64,000 nucleotides of DNA from Octopus sinensis (taxonomy: Eukaryota). The stretch spans positions 124,372,001 to 124,436,000 of the forward strand of contig NC_042999.1 of assembly GCF_006345805.1 (NCBI RefSeq), read 5' to 3'. The translations under genes and the position numbers were made by a program. The notes below the pieces were generated by a model. It searched no databases and had not been told where the DNA came from. It saw only the letters and a program-made list of their open reading frames with translations. Each line of letters starts with the position of its first letter. The first letter of the stretch is position 1. Of this stretch, positions 40,150 through 53,790 are shown piece after piece.

Positions 40150-40598
40150 TATTGGGTCATCCCATAAATAATGCTGCTTTTTATTTTTATACTTCTTTTA
40201 TTTTTCAAAATTAAGATAAACAAAGTTTTTTTTAATCTATACTCTCCTTCATTTTCTACAATGCTCTTCCATCTATCTGGTAGACTCGCAAAGCCCCTCT
40301 TCCAAAATTCACTTGCCCATGATGAAAAATACTCTTCCAGTACTGTTCTGACCTCGTCTACAGAAATCATATTTTTTTCCATCAAAATGATTTTGAAGAC
40401 TGTGGAATTAATAATAATCAGATGGGGCAATGTCCAGTGAATATGGTGAAGGGGCATCGTTTCCCATTCAAACTGCTTGAGCCTTTTGAAAGTCATTCTC
40501 GCTGCGTGTGGCCAAACATTATTCTGATGGAAGAACACTATTCATCTTGAAACCAAAGTTGGTTGTTTTTCTTCTTGCGCTGACTTAAGCCACTCAAG
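40150..40598 (-). pseudogene. Mariner (DD34D-type) transposase C-terminal relic with 3' TIR
   Basis: VFFHQNNVWPH (HQDN with D>N), frameshifted PYSLDIAPSDYY, then ...RGFASLPDRWKSIVENEGEY; TIR-like ATTGGGTCATCCCATAAATAATG after TA. Confidence 0.9.
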
Positions 40599-40767
40599 CA
40601 GCTTAAGCTGACTTAAGCTACTCACTAGGACTCACTGAGGAAATGGCAAAGGACCAGGAGATGTGGCGATTTGCTATATTTGATAAGACACATCAAGCTA
40701 ACTAAAATCTGTCTTCCACACTTACAGGCTTATCCTTCAGGTGCCAGTGCCACTTCAAAGCACCTAT

Positions 40768-41240
40768 GCGGTGAGCTGGCAGAAACGTTAGCACGACGGG
40801 TGAAATGCTGAGCAGTATTTCATCTGAGTTCTGAGTTCAAATTCCACTGTGGTTGACTTTGCCTTTCATCCTTTCAGAGTCAATTAAATAAGTACCAGTT
40901 ACGCACTGGGGTTGATATAATCGACTTAATCCATTTGTCTGTCCTTGTTTGTCTTCTCTGTGTTTAGCCCCTTGTGGGTAGTAAAGAAATAGGTGTTGCG
41001 TTAACACACCTGTGCTGCTGCTGCTTCAATGCACCCAAGTGGGTGGCACGTAAAAAGTACCCAGCACACTCTGCTAAGTGGTTGGCATTAGGAAGGGCAT
41101 CCAGCTGTAGATATCATGCCACTACAGACAACTGGAGTCCAGACAGCTTCCTGCTAGTCAGTTCCCTGTCAAACTGTGCAACTCACGCCACCATGGAGAG
41201 CAGATGTTAAATGATGATGATAATGATGATGACGATGTTG
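40768..41240 (+). mobile_element. SINE family B followed by family C 3' part
   Basis: GCGGTGAGCTGGCAGAAACGTTAGC head; (GAT)n tail at ~41210-41245. Confidence 0.8.
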
Positions 41241-41854
41241 ATGATGATGATGAGGATGATGAGAGCTTGGAGAGCAAAACAGGTGGTTTTAAGTATCTGA
41301 CAGTCTATTTCCTAAAAACAATAAATCTCACTGTCATCTCTCTTGAATTTTCAGGTGTTATTTAACCTGTATTGAATCTCCCAAAGTAATTTTGCTCAGG
41401 TTTGCAGTATTTCACTTGCAGCCAGATGGGACTTCTACATGGTTGTTCAAGCTGCAAGAGTTAGCAGCCAAATCACTTTCATATCACATCAACTCTACCA
41501 TCTTAAAAATTCAAAGGAGTCTATAAACCTAGATACAATGAATCAAAGACAGAAAAAATGGAAAAACAAATCTGATCACAGCCGGAATTTCTCTGGAAGC
41601 CAAAGCAAGTGATTTATGAGTGTCTGATAGGCTCTTCACTAAAAGCCTGAATCTTGTGAGAACTCCCATCTGGAGAAATAGCCCTAAAGTAATTTCATTC
41701 ACTTGGATGCCCTATCTGTATCACACATCCAACTAAATGGGACTTCTATACCTACTCTATCCCCTTAAAACTGCAAAGCTGACTTTAGTCATAGATACAG
41801 TATTATTTAGATAACAAAGAAATGAAAGGCCTCATCATAGAAATTCTTTGATCA

Positions 41855-42020
41855 TAAGTCACAGGCAAGGTTATGTGATAAGAAGCTTGCTTCCCAATCA
41901 TATGGTTCTGGGTCCAGTCTCATTGCATGGTATCTTGGACAAGTATCTTCTACTATAGCCTCAGGCCAGCCAAAGCCTTCTGAGTGGATCTGGTAGACGA
42001 AAACTGAAAGAAGCCCACCG

Positions 42021-42051
<31 letters not shown>

Positions 42052-42362
42052 GAGGAGGAGACCCCACCTTCGGTCGTGAATGACCATGGGATTGGACCTA
42101 AAGAGTTACCCTCCGAGGCACAAATCAGGGCAAGATTGTTTGTTGAAGGCTAGCAGTCACCCATGCACACCAGCCTCCCCTCTCTACACTACTGGTGTTA
42201 TCCAAGGGAAAGGCAAAGGCTGATACAGCTTCGCACCAGTGATGTCGCAACTCATTTCTACAGCTGAGTGAACTGGAGCAATGTGAAATAAAGTGTCTTG
42301 CACAAGAACACAACACACAGCCCAGTGCAGGAATCGAGTATATATATATATATGTACATATG

Positions 42363-42427
<65 letters not shown>

Positions 42428-42660
42428 TATATATATTATATATATATATATATGTATGTATCTATGTATGAGTATCTTTGTGTCTGTGTTTGTCCCTCAG
42501 CACCACTTGACAACCAATTTTGGTGTGTTTACATCCCCGTAACTTGGTGGTTCAGCAAAAGGTGCTAGACAAAAATATTTCCTTGGGTTGACTTGTTCAA
42601 TTAAAACCTTTCGAGGCAGTGCCCCAGCATGGCCGCAGTCAAATGACTGGAACAAGAACA
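41855..42660 (+). mobile_element. SINE family A with a family D SINE (42062-42340, minus) nested in its TA tract
   Basis: Head ~41855-42020, tail ~42470-42660, reverse family D copy between them. Confidence 0.75.
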
Positions 42661-43222
42661 AGATAAACGATAAAGGATAAGTCTGCTCAATCACAGCTGA
42701 CCTGGATCTAAACAACAGCAATAGTAGCCACTATTTTTATTCTGTATAATATAAGTATTTTTAAATGTGCATTGTGATTGCACATATGTATGTATACATG
42801 ATAGTTCTTGCCCAAATTTCCTATGTATATTCAAGCATAGCTGCATGTATCCTTTTGTGTATGTTTGTGTATTATATTAAGTAGGGGAGGGTTTTCTGTT
42901 TTTTATCTGTACAAACATGTGTTATCAGTAGAGATGTAAGCACTTCATGTTATTTTAATATGGTATCGTGGAACTGTTTATTTACGTAGCCAGAGAAAGG
43001 AGGATGGATGTGAGTGCATGTTTGTTTGAACAGGAGGGATGAGGTGCATATGTGTGTGTGCATGTATGTGTGCATATGTGAGTGAGAGAATGAGTGTGTG
43101 TGAGGTGGGGTGTAGGTGTGTGTGTGGGGGGGTAGCTTTCAGAAGAATTAGAAAGGAAGCAGATTTCTATGCTGCTTGTGCCTGCATATATGCACCCCAA
43201 CCCTATATATATATATGTGTAC

Positions 43223-43268
<46 letters not shown>

Positions 43269-43369
43269 TGCATGTATGTGTATATATATATATGTATGTT
43301 TTAATATATGTGTGTATGTGTGAATGCATGAATATACATATGTTAATATATATATGATTCCTGACTGGG

Positions 43370-43735
43370 TCCCATACTGGTGGCACGCAATTAGCACCAT
43401 GCATGCAAGGGTCATTGCTAGTGCCACCTGACTGGCTCCCCCTGCTGGTGGCATGTAAAAAGCACCATCTAAATGTGGTCGATACCAGCCCACCCACCCC
43501 GACTGGCTCCTGTGCTAATAGCACATAAAAAAGCACCATTTGAACATGACCGATACCAGTGCTGCATGTAAAAAGCACCCACTACACTCTCGGAGTGGTT
43601 GGCATTAGGAAGGGCATCCAGCTGTAGAAACATTGCCGGCTCTGACTGGAGTCTGGTGCAGCCTCCTAGTTTGCCAGTCCCCAGTCTAACCGTCCAACCC
43701 ATGCCAGCATGGAAAACGGACATTAAATTAGGAGG
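43370..43735 (+). mobile_element. SINE-like family C
   Basis: GGTTGGCATTAGGAAGGGCATCCAGCTGTAGAAAC core and GGAAAACGGACATTAAA end. Confidence 0.8.
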
Positions 43736-44136
43736 AGGAGGAGGATACCCACGCACATACACACACTGAGATATACTTACACATGCCCTTACATATAGAT
43801 AGATAATTTAGATATAGGTATACAGAGATATATATATTTTTGCATATGTGTGTGTGTGTGTAAGTGTGTGAATGCATATGTTTACAAGCAATGTATTCCA
43901 GAATATTATTACATATTTTAACATCTGTGTACGTGTATATGCTTGTAAGTGATTTTAATAAATGTCAATGAGTTTATACAAAGGGTGTATTTATAGTTGA
44001 ATGGTTGTACATGTATTATAAGTGAGCGTGTCTGTTGAGACATTTTGTGTTTAACGACAACAAGATGTGTACAAACAGCAACTTGTCTGATACTGCGTAA
44101 TTATTGATAGGAATACTTGATTTGCTTGATTTCCAG

Positions 44137-44183
44137 ACTAAAGATGAAAATCTGTCCTCTTATCTTGTAGAATTTATTCATGC
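44137..44183 (+). CDS. Candidate 47-nt exon (TKDENLSSYLVEFIHA)
   Basis: TTGCTTGATTTCCAG| acceptor, GC|GTGAGA donor; a stop follows if unspliced. Confidence 0.25.
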
Positions 44184-45054
44184 GTGAGAAATAGAAAAGT
44201 TACATGAAGGTAGACTATTTCAGTAGAATTGATAAAATAAGTCACCAAAAATTTCTGAAATGGAAAAGAAGTTCAGGTAGAAAGTTTCAGCGAATGCATC
44301 AGTATTGTCATACACAGATTGATTAATCATATTGGTTTATATGAAATGAATATAAAAAAAAAAAACGTGAGAAAGAAAACGAAACAGAGAGACAGAGAGA
44401 CAGGGAGACAGAGAGGCAGATAGACAGAGAGACAGACAGAGAGAGAAAGTCAGACAGATAAAGAGTAACATCTTTATGTGATTGGTACAAGAATGAAGGT
44501 AGAGAACTATTAAAGAAATTGTGTAATCAACAAAAATAGCTTGTATTATTCAATGGTGGATGAAGAATTTCAATATATCTATGTGTAAAGCATTGTAAAC
44601 TATAGAGAAGAGTTTTTTCTTTTGATACAATCAGAAATACCAAGAGTCAAAAACAACAGTGTGTTCAATGGAAATGAAAAGTAGGTGGGTATATTCAATT
44701 CCTGGATGTACATTGACCTTTTATAAAGGTTACAAGCTGCTTAGAGCAAAAGGTATTGCAAGTTTATCATTAAAAGAAATCATCCTTAATCTTTCGTTGT
44801 TCTTATTGCTGATATGTCAGACAAATATGAATTGTAAAATAATAAGTAGAATGTTTATACTTTATCAACTATCTACTAGGTTATCCCATATTTTCTATGT
44901 ATATCATCATCATCATCATCATCATCATTTTAATATCCACTTTTTCATGCATACACGAGTCAGACCAAGTTTTCTGTGGTGGGTTTTCTATTGCTAGATG
45001 CCTTTCCTATCACCAACCCTCACCTTTTTCCAAGCAAGTTCATATACATATATT

Positions 45055-45215
45055 AAAGTGGAGGGACGTTGTGGAAGAAGGAGACCCAGGAAGACATGGG
45101 ATGAAGTATTGAAGGTCAATCTCAAAATGCTGAGCCTTAAAAAGGTGATGACAGAGGACCGAGATATATGGTACATTGCTGTGCTCAAGAAGACTCACCC
45201 ACCACAATGGCAGTG
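45055..45215 (+). pseudogene. RTE-clade LINE ORF2 C-terminal relic within family C retroposon pieces (~44905-45472)
   Basis: GRRRPRKTWDEVLKVNLKMLSLKKVMTEDRDIW matches the RTE end motif GRPxKTW...DRxxW. Confidence 0.7.
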
Positions 45216-46045
45216 AGATCCTAAAACCATGGTGCAACATTAAAAGCATTGGTGTGGGTGCTGGTACCATGTAAAAAGTACTGGTAATGGAGCTATGTAA
45301 AAAGCACCCAGTACACTCTATGGAGTGGTTGGCATTAGGAAAAGCATCCAACCATAGAAATCAAGCCAAAACAGACTGTGGAACCTGATGCAGCCTCTGG
45401 CCTTGCCAGTTCCTGTCAAGCCAGCCAACTCATGCCAGCATGGAAAACGGACGTTAAATGATGATGATGATGGAAACAAAACACCGTATGACATTTATGA
45501 TATTATTTTCAATTCTATAGTTACAAAATGTGTGTGTGCGTGTGTGTGTGTGTGCATGCACGTGTGGGAAGATATTGTTTTAAACATAATTTGTATTATT
45601 ACAGTTTGTAACGTTTGATGGAGAAGAAATTAAACAGAAAATTGCATAAAGGACTGGTGAAACTACTTATATAATAGATATCTCTTTATTTATGTAGAGC
45701 TGAGTAAGTTGTAGGGATTTTAAGACATCATTGAATGATTGCAGTATAGACAACTGCACTGGTATGGACATATAAAGCAGATGTAAGATAGATATTATGC
45801 AAAAGTTGTCTTGTTGTGTGCTAATGACATTTTTTTCAGATACAAGGCCAGCTATTGCTAGTCTATACCACTGGCTCCACTATTTGACTGACAATTTATT
45901 TTATCCACTCTAAAAGAGTAAAAGACAGAGTGACCATGGTAGTATTTGTTGCCTGTTAATAATAGTAGTATAGTAAGACATGATAAATTTATTTTTTCAC
46001 TACAGCACGAGTTAGTTGTTTGGGACAGATGCTGACCAGTTAAAG

Positions 46046-46275
46046 GCAGTGAGCTGGCAGAAACGTTAGCATGCCGGGTGAAATGCTAAGCGGTATTTCG
46101 TCTGCTGTTACATTCTGAGTTCAAATTCTGCCGAGGTCAACTTTGCCTTTCATCTTTTCGGAGTCGATAAATTAACTACCAGTTATGCACTGGGGTCGAT
46201 GTAATCGACTTAACCCCTTTGTCTGTCCTTGTTTGTCCCCTCTATGTTTAGCCCCTTGTGGGCAATAAAGAAATA
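46046..46275 (+). mobile_element. SINE family B with a perfect 19-bp target-site duplication
   Basis: AGATGCTGACCAGTTAAAG at 46027-46045 and 46276-46294. Confidence 0.92.
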
Positions 46276-46695
46276 AGATGCTGACCAGTTAAAGTTGACA
46301 TTGCACAAATTCAAACTACAACTTCTGCCCAAGTTGAAAATGCATTTGAAAACAGTAAGTTGTGTTAGTTGCTGTGAAGACGTTAAACTGTTAACAATGT
46401 ACTATCAAGCTTCTCATTCTGTCAGCTTCATCTAGAACTTGGAAGATTCAATTTCTTAGTTACTATGACTACTGAGCTAAGTTTTTTTTATCACACAGCC
46501 ATGCCTGTTGAAGAAATCTAAGTAAGCATAATGCAGATATCACAGGTTAGTGCTCAGAAGGACGAAAATTGAAACTCCAGCACCTTCATCCAAAGTTAGT
46601 ACCTCTGGCATTGAAAGTTAGTCATAAGAATTATCATTGCCGAGTTATTATAGAGGTAGAAAGGTAGATGAACACATATAGGCATAATATGTACA

Positions 46696-46973
46696 TTTAC
46701 ATGGAATACAAAACCCAGAGTATGAAATAAATAATACCAAAAAAAAAACAGTGGAATTATGTAACAGTCTTATCTTAATAGCTGTTTTAAGAGTTCCATG
46801 GCTCCAATGGCTATGTGAGATGAAATCATGGAACCTATGTTATAAACACACTATGTATGATTGTGATTATGACATAAACCATGCTGCTCCCGAAACAGAT
46901 GTCAAGATAAGAATATTACATAATTCTTTCAGTTTACTTTTTTCCATACCTTGTATTTTGTATTCCATGTAAA
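46696..46973. repeat. Imperfect fold-back element
   Basis: TTTACATGGAATACAAAA / TTTTGTATTCCATGTAAA and CTTATCTT / AAGATAAG arms. Confidence 0.65.
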
Positions 46974-47224
46974 CATACACATTAAGCCTACTTGTGTTTA
47001 TCTGCCTTTCTATTTCTGTGTGTGTGTGTGTGCACGTGTGTGTGCGTGCACATGTGTGCGCATGCATGTGTGTGTGCGTGTGTGTGTATGTGTGTGTGTA
47101 CATGTGTGCATGCATGCATGTGTACATGTGTGTACACATATATATGTACATATATACATATGCATATATATATATATATGTGCATATATAGACAGAGATA
47201 TAGATATATAATATATACAGAGAC

Positions 47225-47258
<34 letters not shown>

Positions 47259-47519
47259 GAGAGAGAGAGAGTGAGAGAGAGAGAGAGAGAGATAAAGAGT
47301 GAAATGAGAAGTAGATCCTTATAACAATGCTTCAAAATAACTAATTTTCAGAAATTTTCAATCAAGTATCTCTTTAAAATTACACTGAAATTCTGCAACA
47401 ATTGTTCAAAATATTCACATTTACATTTCAATAGTTTTACATTAATTACCAAAATTTAGTTGTGAGACTTGTACCTATGGATTTGCTTTGAATTTGAGCA
47501 TTAGTCATTGACTCAACTT

Positions 47520-47840
47520 CATCACCATCATCATCATTTAGCATTCGCTTTCCATGCTGGCATGGGTTAGATGGTTTGACTGGACCTGGTAAACCAGAGA
47601 GCTACACCAAGTTCCAGTGTGATTTTGTCTTGGTTTCTGTGGCTAGATGCCCTTCCTAATGCCAGCCACTCCAAGAATGTATTAGGTGCCTCTTATGTTT
47701 CACCAGTACAGATGCTTTTACATATCACTACTACAGTTGATTTTACATGTCGCCAACACCGACCACAACTACGATTCTACATGACAAGTTTTCTCAAGCA
47801 CAGCAAATCACTTGTCATCACCTCAGTGAGATCCAACTTG
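47520..47840 (-). mobile_element. SINE-like family C
   Basis: GATGCCCTTCCTAATGCCAGCCAC core and (CAT)n end. Confidence 0.75.
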
Positions 47841-48103
47841 TAGTTTAATATTGTTTTACTTGGCTAAACATTTTTTTTTATAAGTTATGCATTAGATAAG
47901 ATTGGTGCTGTCCATTTTCACCTGTTGTGTCCAGTATCTATTAAGAACAACATTTATTCCTTGTATAAATGTGACATCCAGAACATTCTTGCATACCACA
48001 TATTTAATTTTGAAAGAAAAAAATTTGGTTTCTGGCTAACATTTACTTTTATAGAAAATGCAGCTTGTTTTTGTGTTTAAATCTGTTTCCCATGTTTATC
48101 CAG

Positions 48104-48144
48104 AAGAGAAAAACCAATATCCATTATCAGGGCCTCTGAGACTA
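48104..48144 (+). CDS. Candidate 41-nt exon (REKPISIIRASET or EEKNQYPLSGPLRL)
   Basis: TTTCCCATGTTTATCCAG| acceptor, CTA|GTAAGA donor. Confidence 0.22.
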
Positions 48145-48279
48145 GTAAGAGAATCAGAGTAAGAAATAAAGATTCCAAAGTCATTCACAGAACAGGAACC
48201 TGGTTTGAATGCCTGTGACAGAATGGTGTCCATTATAAGTTCCTAGGGATTAAATAATAATGTTAGACCAGGAAATAGA

Positions 48280-48506
48280 TAAACCCTTAGAATTTAAACC
48301 AGTCATATCCAGCCCAAACATTTTACCTGTTTTATGTTCAAACCATCCACATCTGAACCCTCACACCTACCCTACAATGTCATTCTAAAAAGTAAACAAT
48401 CACATCATCAACATCTTAAAGCTTCAAAATAATGCATGATTAATTCAAAACAATGTGAATGAATAAGCATTACATTTGACAGAGTAATCTGAATGCTAAG
48501 AGTTAA
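48280..48506 (-). mobile_element. TTAA-ended MITE (piggyBac-type ends)
   Basis: (T)TAAACCCTTAGAATT ... AATGCTAAGAGTTAA terminal inverted repeats. Confidence 0.7.
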
Positions 48507-49356
48507 GTCAAACAAATAGATGCAGTCAATCTGATAAGCTTCCATGCAGTCTTGTGGGATTGAACCTATAACTGCATTGATTGTGAAGTAAACATCTTAA
48601 CCATACAGCCATGCTTACTGTCAATCACACAAGTTTTCCCAGTGTAGAGTGTGCTTCAACATTGTTAAGCATTTTAAATTAATCTTCTAAATTTCAAAAT
48701 TGTTTTTGTAATTCTTTGATTTCTTCTTCATTCTCTGAGTAAAACCAGCAAGGCAAGAATACAGAAATTCCCATGGGAATCTTGTAGCAAAGAACTCACA
48801 ATTCAGAAGTTAATATATTTGAAATGGATTGAATTTAATTATTTCAAACATTTCTGAAGATAAAATGACAATATCAATTATTAGAATTAATAAAGCAGAT
48901 ATACTTCCTGTTCCATTTAGGTAAATACTTGGCGCATAGAGTGAACAATAGAGCTTCCCTCTATGCTAAAAATGACAGCTGAATTCCCTTCATTCACACC
49001 CTATCATCTTAATGATAGTCTTAGATCTATAAAAATATAGGACTGCAATGGCTTACTTGGGATTAGTCAATAACAACAACAATAGCAACAACAGTTGGGA
49101 CACTGGAGTATACAAAAGACTTCATCTCAGAATAGTATATTTAGGACATATCTGTTTAGGCTAAACTTAAAGAAGGATTTAGTGTAAGCAGTGAAAAATT
49201 GATAACATTCATCATTTATATACTGCTCCTACTATTAGTAATGAACTAAATAGTTTGTATTTTTTTATTGATCTGTTAAATTACACAAAAACATGCTTTT
49301 GGAAAAAGAAAATGTATCTCAGAATTATAATCGCTAAATCAATACTTAATAATTTC

Positions 49357-50004
49357 ATGTCTTCTTTTTCTTCTTCTTCTTCTTCTTCTTCTTCTTTTCT
49401 TTTTCTTCTTTCTTTCTTCTCCTCCTCCCTTTCTTCTCTTCTTCATATTGTTCTCCCCTCTTCTTCTTCTTCTACCCTGTTCTTCTTCCCCTTCTCTTTC
49501 TCTTCTTCTCCTCCTACTCATCTTTTCCTTCTCCTCCTCTTCTTTTCTTCTCCTACTCCTCTTCTTCGTCTCCCCTCTCCTTCTCCTCATCCTCCTCTTC
49601 TTCTTTTCCCCTCCTCTTCTCCTCTTGTTCTTCTTCTCTTCTTTTCACTCCTCTTCCTGCACTTCTTCTTCTTCTTTTTCTTCTTCTTCTTCTCCTCCTC
49701 CCTTTCTTCTCTTCTTCATATTGTTCTCCCCTCTTCTTCTTCTTCTACCCTGTTCTTCTTCCCCTTCTCTTTCTCTTCTTCTCCTCCTACTCATCTTTTC
49801 CTTCTCCTCCTCTTCTTTTCTTCTCCTACTCCTCTTCTTCGTCTCCCCTCTCCTTCTCCTCATCCTCCTCTTCTTCTTTTCCCCTCCTCTTCTCCTCTTG
49901 TTCTTCTTCTCTTCTTTTCCACTCCTCTTCCTGCACTTCTTCTTCTTCTTTTCTTCTTCTTCTTCTTCTTCTTCTTCTTCTTCTTCTCCTTCTTCTTTCT
50001 TCTT
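49357..50004. repeat. ~650-bp polypyrimidine (CT/CTT) tract containing a 273-bp direct duplication
   Basis: Marker CATATTG at 49444 and 49717; 91-aa repeat in the supplied ORF. Confidence 0.9.
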
Positions 50005-50601
50005 GCTATTGTTATAGCTGTTGTTTAGCCCCAGGTTTGTTCTAATCAAGCCAACCTATGATCAAAGACACTCACTCTATGACCAGCCAGTCTTCGTTCA
50101 GGCATGACATATCTAAAACTACATAATCTATTATGTTCTGTTTAAGATATTTGGATGATGTTTAAGGAAGATTCAGCTATCGTTCATAGCAGATCAAGCA
50201 TTTGAAACCATGCTTTTCATTTCAAACTACATTTTAATATGGCATTACTTAACATCATATGGTTAACTATGTAGTTTGATTTACTATGGGACATGAGTTT
50301 GTACTCTATAAGGAAAATGTATGATGATATATATTTCAAGCATTACTTTTCATTTGTTTTTGCTTTTTTTTTGTCTTTAGTTTAGTTTTTTTTATTTCTT
50401 ATAAATATAAATGATAAACACTTCAGGGGGAACTAAAAACAACTAAATAAAGCTAAGTTTTTCCTATCTTGATAACAAGCCTTTCCTTTTAATTCCATAT
50501 TTTATTTCTCCATACTATTTTTTTTTCTTAACTTGTTTACTTAGACAAATATATAATCATAAATATTTTTTCCACTTCTTTATACATATGTGTGTATTTT
50601 A

Positions 50602-50645
<44 letters not shown>

Positions 50646-50787
50646 CTTACACACTCACACACACGCACACACACATCACATATGTATATGTGTATGTATG
50701 TATGTATGTATGTATGTATGCTTGTGCATGCATGTGTGTGTGTGTGTGTGTGTGTGTAATGAATTGCTGACTTCCTGTCTGCTTCAG

Positions 50788-50810
50788 AAAATATATCAAA
50801 TCTTACAGAA
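50788..50810 (+). CDS. Candidate 23-nt micro-exon (xNISNLTE)
   Basis: CTTCCTGTCTGCTTCAG| acceptor, GAA|GTATGT donor. Confidence 0.22.
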
Positions 50811-52284
50811 GTATGTCTCTCAGTGCATGCATCAAGGTGTTTAAAATGTCAATGATTAGAACATCTGACACCAAAAACTTTCTAAAGGGATTAAAATATA
50901 TTTAATAAACGTAAGTGTAGGTAGTGGAAAATATTGATAGCATCAAATAAATTCCCTCCAGCTGAGTCAGCAAGCTAGTTCAAATATCCAGCTGAGGCCA
51001 ATTCACAATTCACTATATCTTTAGTGTTGAAGGCTCTTAAGAAATGTATGAATGTTTCACAATCTCATTTCTCTCTTCTCTAAATTTGTGTCTTTGTAAA
51101 GAATCAATAAAGTGAGTGCTTGACTTATCTATGAATAAATGAGACGTTTAGTAACAGACCATCATAAGTACCACAACTTAAAAACTGAGAAAAACACAGT
51201 CAAAGCTTCACAACTTTCAGAATGTGATATCTCGGCAAGGAATGGAGTTAGGAAGCTGGTTTTGGTCTTAAAATGACCGTAAAGGCCTCCTCTAATCATT
51301 CCATCTATGTAAAATTATTTATTTATGTATGCATTTGAAAGACGAAACAATGACTGCGTCTTTCTCATTTTCTAGAATATACTGGTACTACGAAATGGTA
51401 TATCACATTGCATATTTTAACCATGATACATAGAAAAAACATACAAATATCACCAAAGGTATTGTTTGTGTTTTAATATACCAAGGTAAGTATCTTTAAG
51501 AGGTAAGTAAGTCAAGATAGTAAAATAATAGCCCATTATCATTACAATGGTAAGAAGGAATATTAGAAATTGAACCATAACACCTCAAAAACCAATACAG
51601 GAACCACACCAAAGTTATTGATTGAACATGTGTGCTTACGATGGTGTATTACTAAACTCTCTGGTCTGAGTTTGGGTGAGCAAGCGTTGTGTCATTAGCG
51701 TCGGGGTACAATTATTTTCAGCCAGATTTTCAACCTTATTGCAAGCCTCACCAATTCTTCTTCCCAACTTTACGGATTCTAGACGCCAAGACAAAGAAAA
51801 TGATATACTTACCTCAAAAATGGTTGGGGTGATGCTTACAACACTGTTACTAAACACCTCAAATATACACATCATGCATTTAATTAAGCATGATTCCAGT
51901 TTTAGTTCCACTACTACTACTACTATACAGTCCTGGACTGACCAAAGTTGATTTAGTAGATGGAAACTAGAAGAAACGCATCTATCTCTCACAATAAATT
52001 TGATACAAATAATTTAGTGTGGCCTTCTGTTTTGACAGGTTTATGAAATATGGTTATATGTAGATATCAGGGTCACTTTTTACTCGTTGCCAAAATGAAA
52101 GGGTGAACATACATTCCACACCTTGGTGTTTTCTGAACTGAATTTTAAGTTTTAAAATGTTAAGTTTTTAATTCACCTGAAGTAAACAGATTTTTTTTCA
52201 TGATGTAACCAGATTATTCATCAATAAAAAATGTGTCTGAATCAGTTATAGTGAACCCTGATCCCCGTTTGTGTTCTTTTTTTA

Positions 52285-53110
52285 CATATATATACAATGG
52301 GTAAATTGTTGCTATTTTATATTTTTAATTTTATGCATGCATATTGTTTGTTTTTGATTTTATTGACGACACAGTATAGTAGAATCAGTTGGACATCATG
52401 ATGCAATTCACTCTACCAGAAATTTGGAAACAACATACTGTACTGCTTGGCATTCATGCTGGAAGCTCCAATACAAACATTTCAGAGTGTTTGGGTGTCA
52501 ATTTGAGGACAGTGCAATCTGAGGACATACACCAAGAATGATAAAAATCAAACATCCAGTCAACATCATAGTGTTTGGAGAGATCAGTAGTGATAGTGAC
52601 AATATACCTCCATTCATCTTCCCACATGGCCTCAGGCTCAACAAAGAGGCCTACATCAAGTGCCTGGATAAGGTAATGCTGCCCTGGGTCAAGAGGGTGC
52701 CTCTGGAAGACCCTACATCTGGCAGCAAGACTCTGCAACATGCCACTCAAGCAGGAGAAGCCAGTCATGGCTGTCAGACAATTTCTGCAACCACACTGCA
52801 ACCCCCTTGATTATTATGTGTGGGGTACAGTTGAGTGAAAGATCAACAAAACTCCTTGTAACACTAAAGGTGAACTGAAGGCAAGGATTATGGCAGCAGT
52901 CATCAACAAAGAGACCATCCAGAAAAGTTGCAGGAGATTCTGAAGGCATCTGGAGGCCATGGTGGAAGCCAATGGCAATTTTATTGAATAAATTTACTCT
53001 TTAGTATTTCAAGATGATTTTATGTAATTTTGTTAAATATATCTGTTAAAATGAGATGTCAGTGTTATTTCATTTTTGAGTAATTTAGACAACAATATAT
53101 TCACCGCACA
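52285..53110 (+). pseudogene. Internally deleted Tc1/mariner-superfamily transposon (probably DD37D/maT-like)
   Basis: KHPVNIIVFGEISSD...PPFIFPHGLRLN...; frameshifted IWQQDSA; PLDYYVWGTVE; ...LEAMVEANGNFIE*. The segment between the last two D residues is partly deleted. Confidence 0.85.
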
Positions 53111-53117
53111 CATATAT

Positions 53118-53522
53118 GTGGCTGCAGTGGCTGTGTGGTAAGTAGCTTGCTAACCAACCACATGGTTCCGGGTTCAGTCCCACTGTGTGGCATCTTGGGC
53201 AAGTGTCTTCTGCTATAGCCCCGGGCCGACCAATGCCTTGTGAGTGGATTTGGTAGACGGAAACTGAAAGAAGCCTGTCGTATATATGTATATATATATA
53301 TAAGTGTGTGTGTATATGTTTGTGTGTCTGTGTTTGTCCCCCTAGCATTGCTTGACAACCGATGCTTGTGTGTTTACGCCCCCGTCACTTAGCGGTTTGG
53401 CAAAAGAGACCGATAGAATAAGTACTGGGCTTACAAAGAATAAGTCCCGGGGTCGATTTGCTCGACTAAAGGCGGTGCTCCAGCATGGCTGCAGTCAAAT
53501 GACTGAAACAAGGAAAAGAGTA
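53118..53522 (+). mobile_element. Well-preserved full-length tRNA-derived SINE (family A)
   Basis: A box TGGCTGTGTGG, B box GGGTTCAGTCCC, internal (TA)/(TG) tract, CpG-rich tail. Confidence 0.9.
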
Positions 53523-53790
53523 AGATTATATATATGTATATATATACAGGTAATGGTGCCATTAGAATCTTACATTGTGTATAAACTCTATATTTGGATT
53601 GAACAATTTTAAATGCTGTTGAATTTTTCTCATAAGGTATTGGAATCTTACATATATATACAATTCTGCCTAAAAAATGCATCTACAAATTCAATATCCC
53701 TACATATCTCACATCTATTTTCTTTCCTCCACCTCACTCTCTATTTTGTAGCCTATCTAAATTAATTATTACTGAACCATCCTCTCACAC

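Noticed and set aside
49339-50049. Long Arg/Lys/Glu-rich and Phe/Ser/Leu-rich ORFs (up to 257 aa)
   Set aside because: A pure pyrimidine/purine tract cannot contain stops in most frames; no splice or homology support.
5992-53522. SINE heads as tRNA genes
   Set aside because: A and B boxes are present, but there is no complete cloverleaf and each continues into a SINE body.
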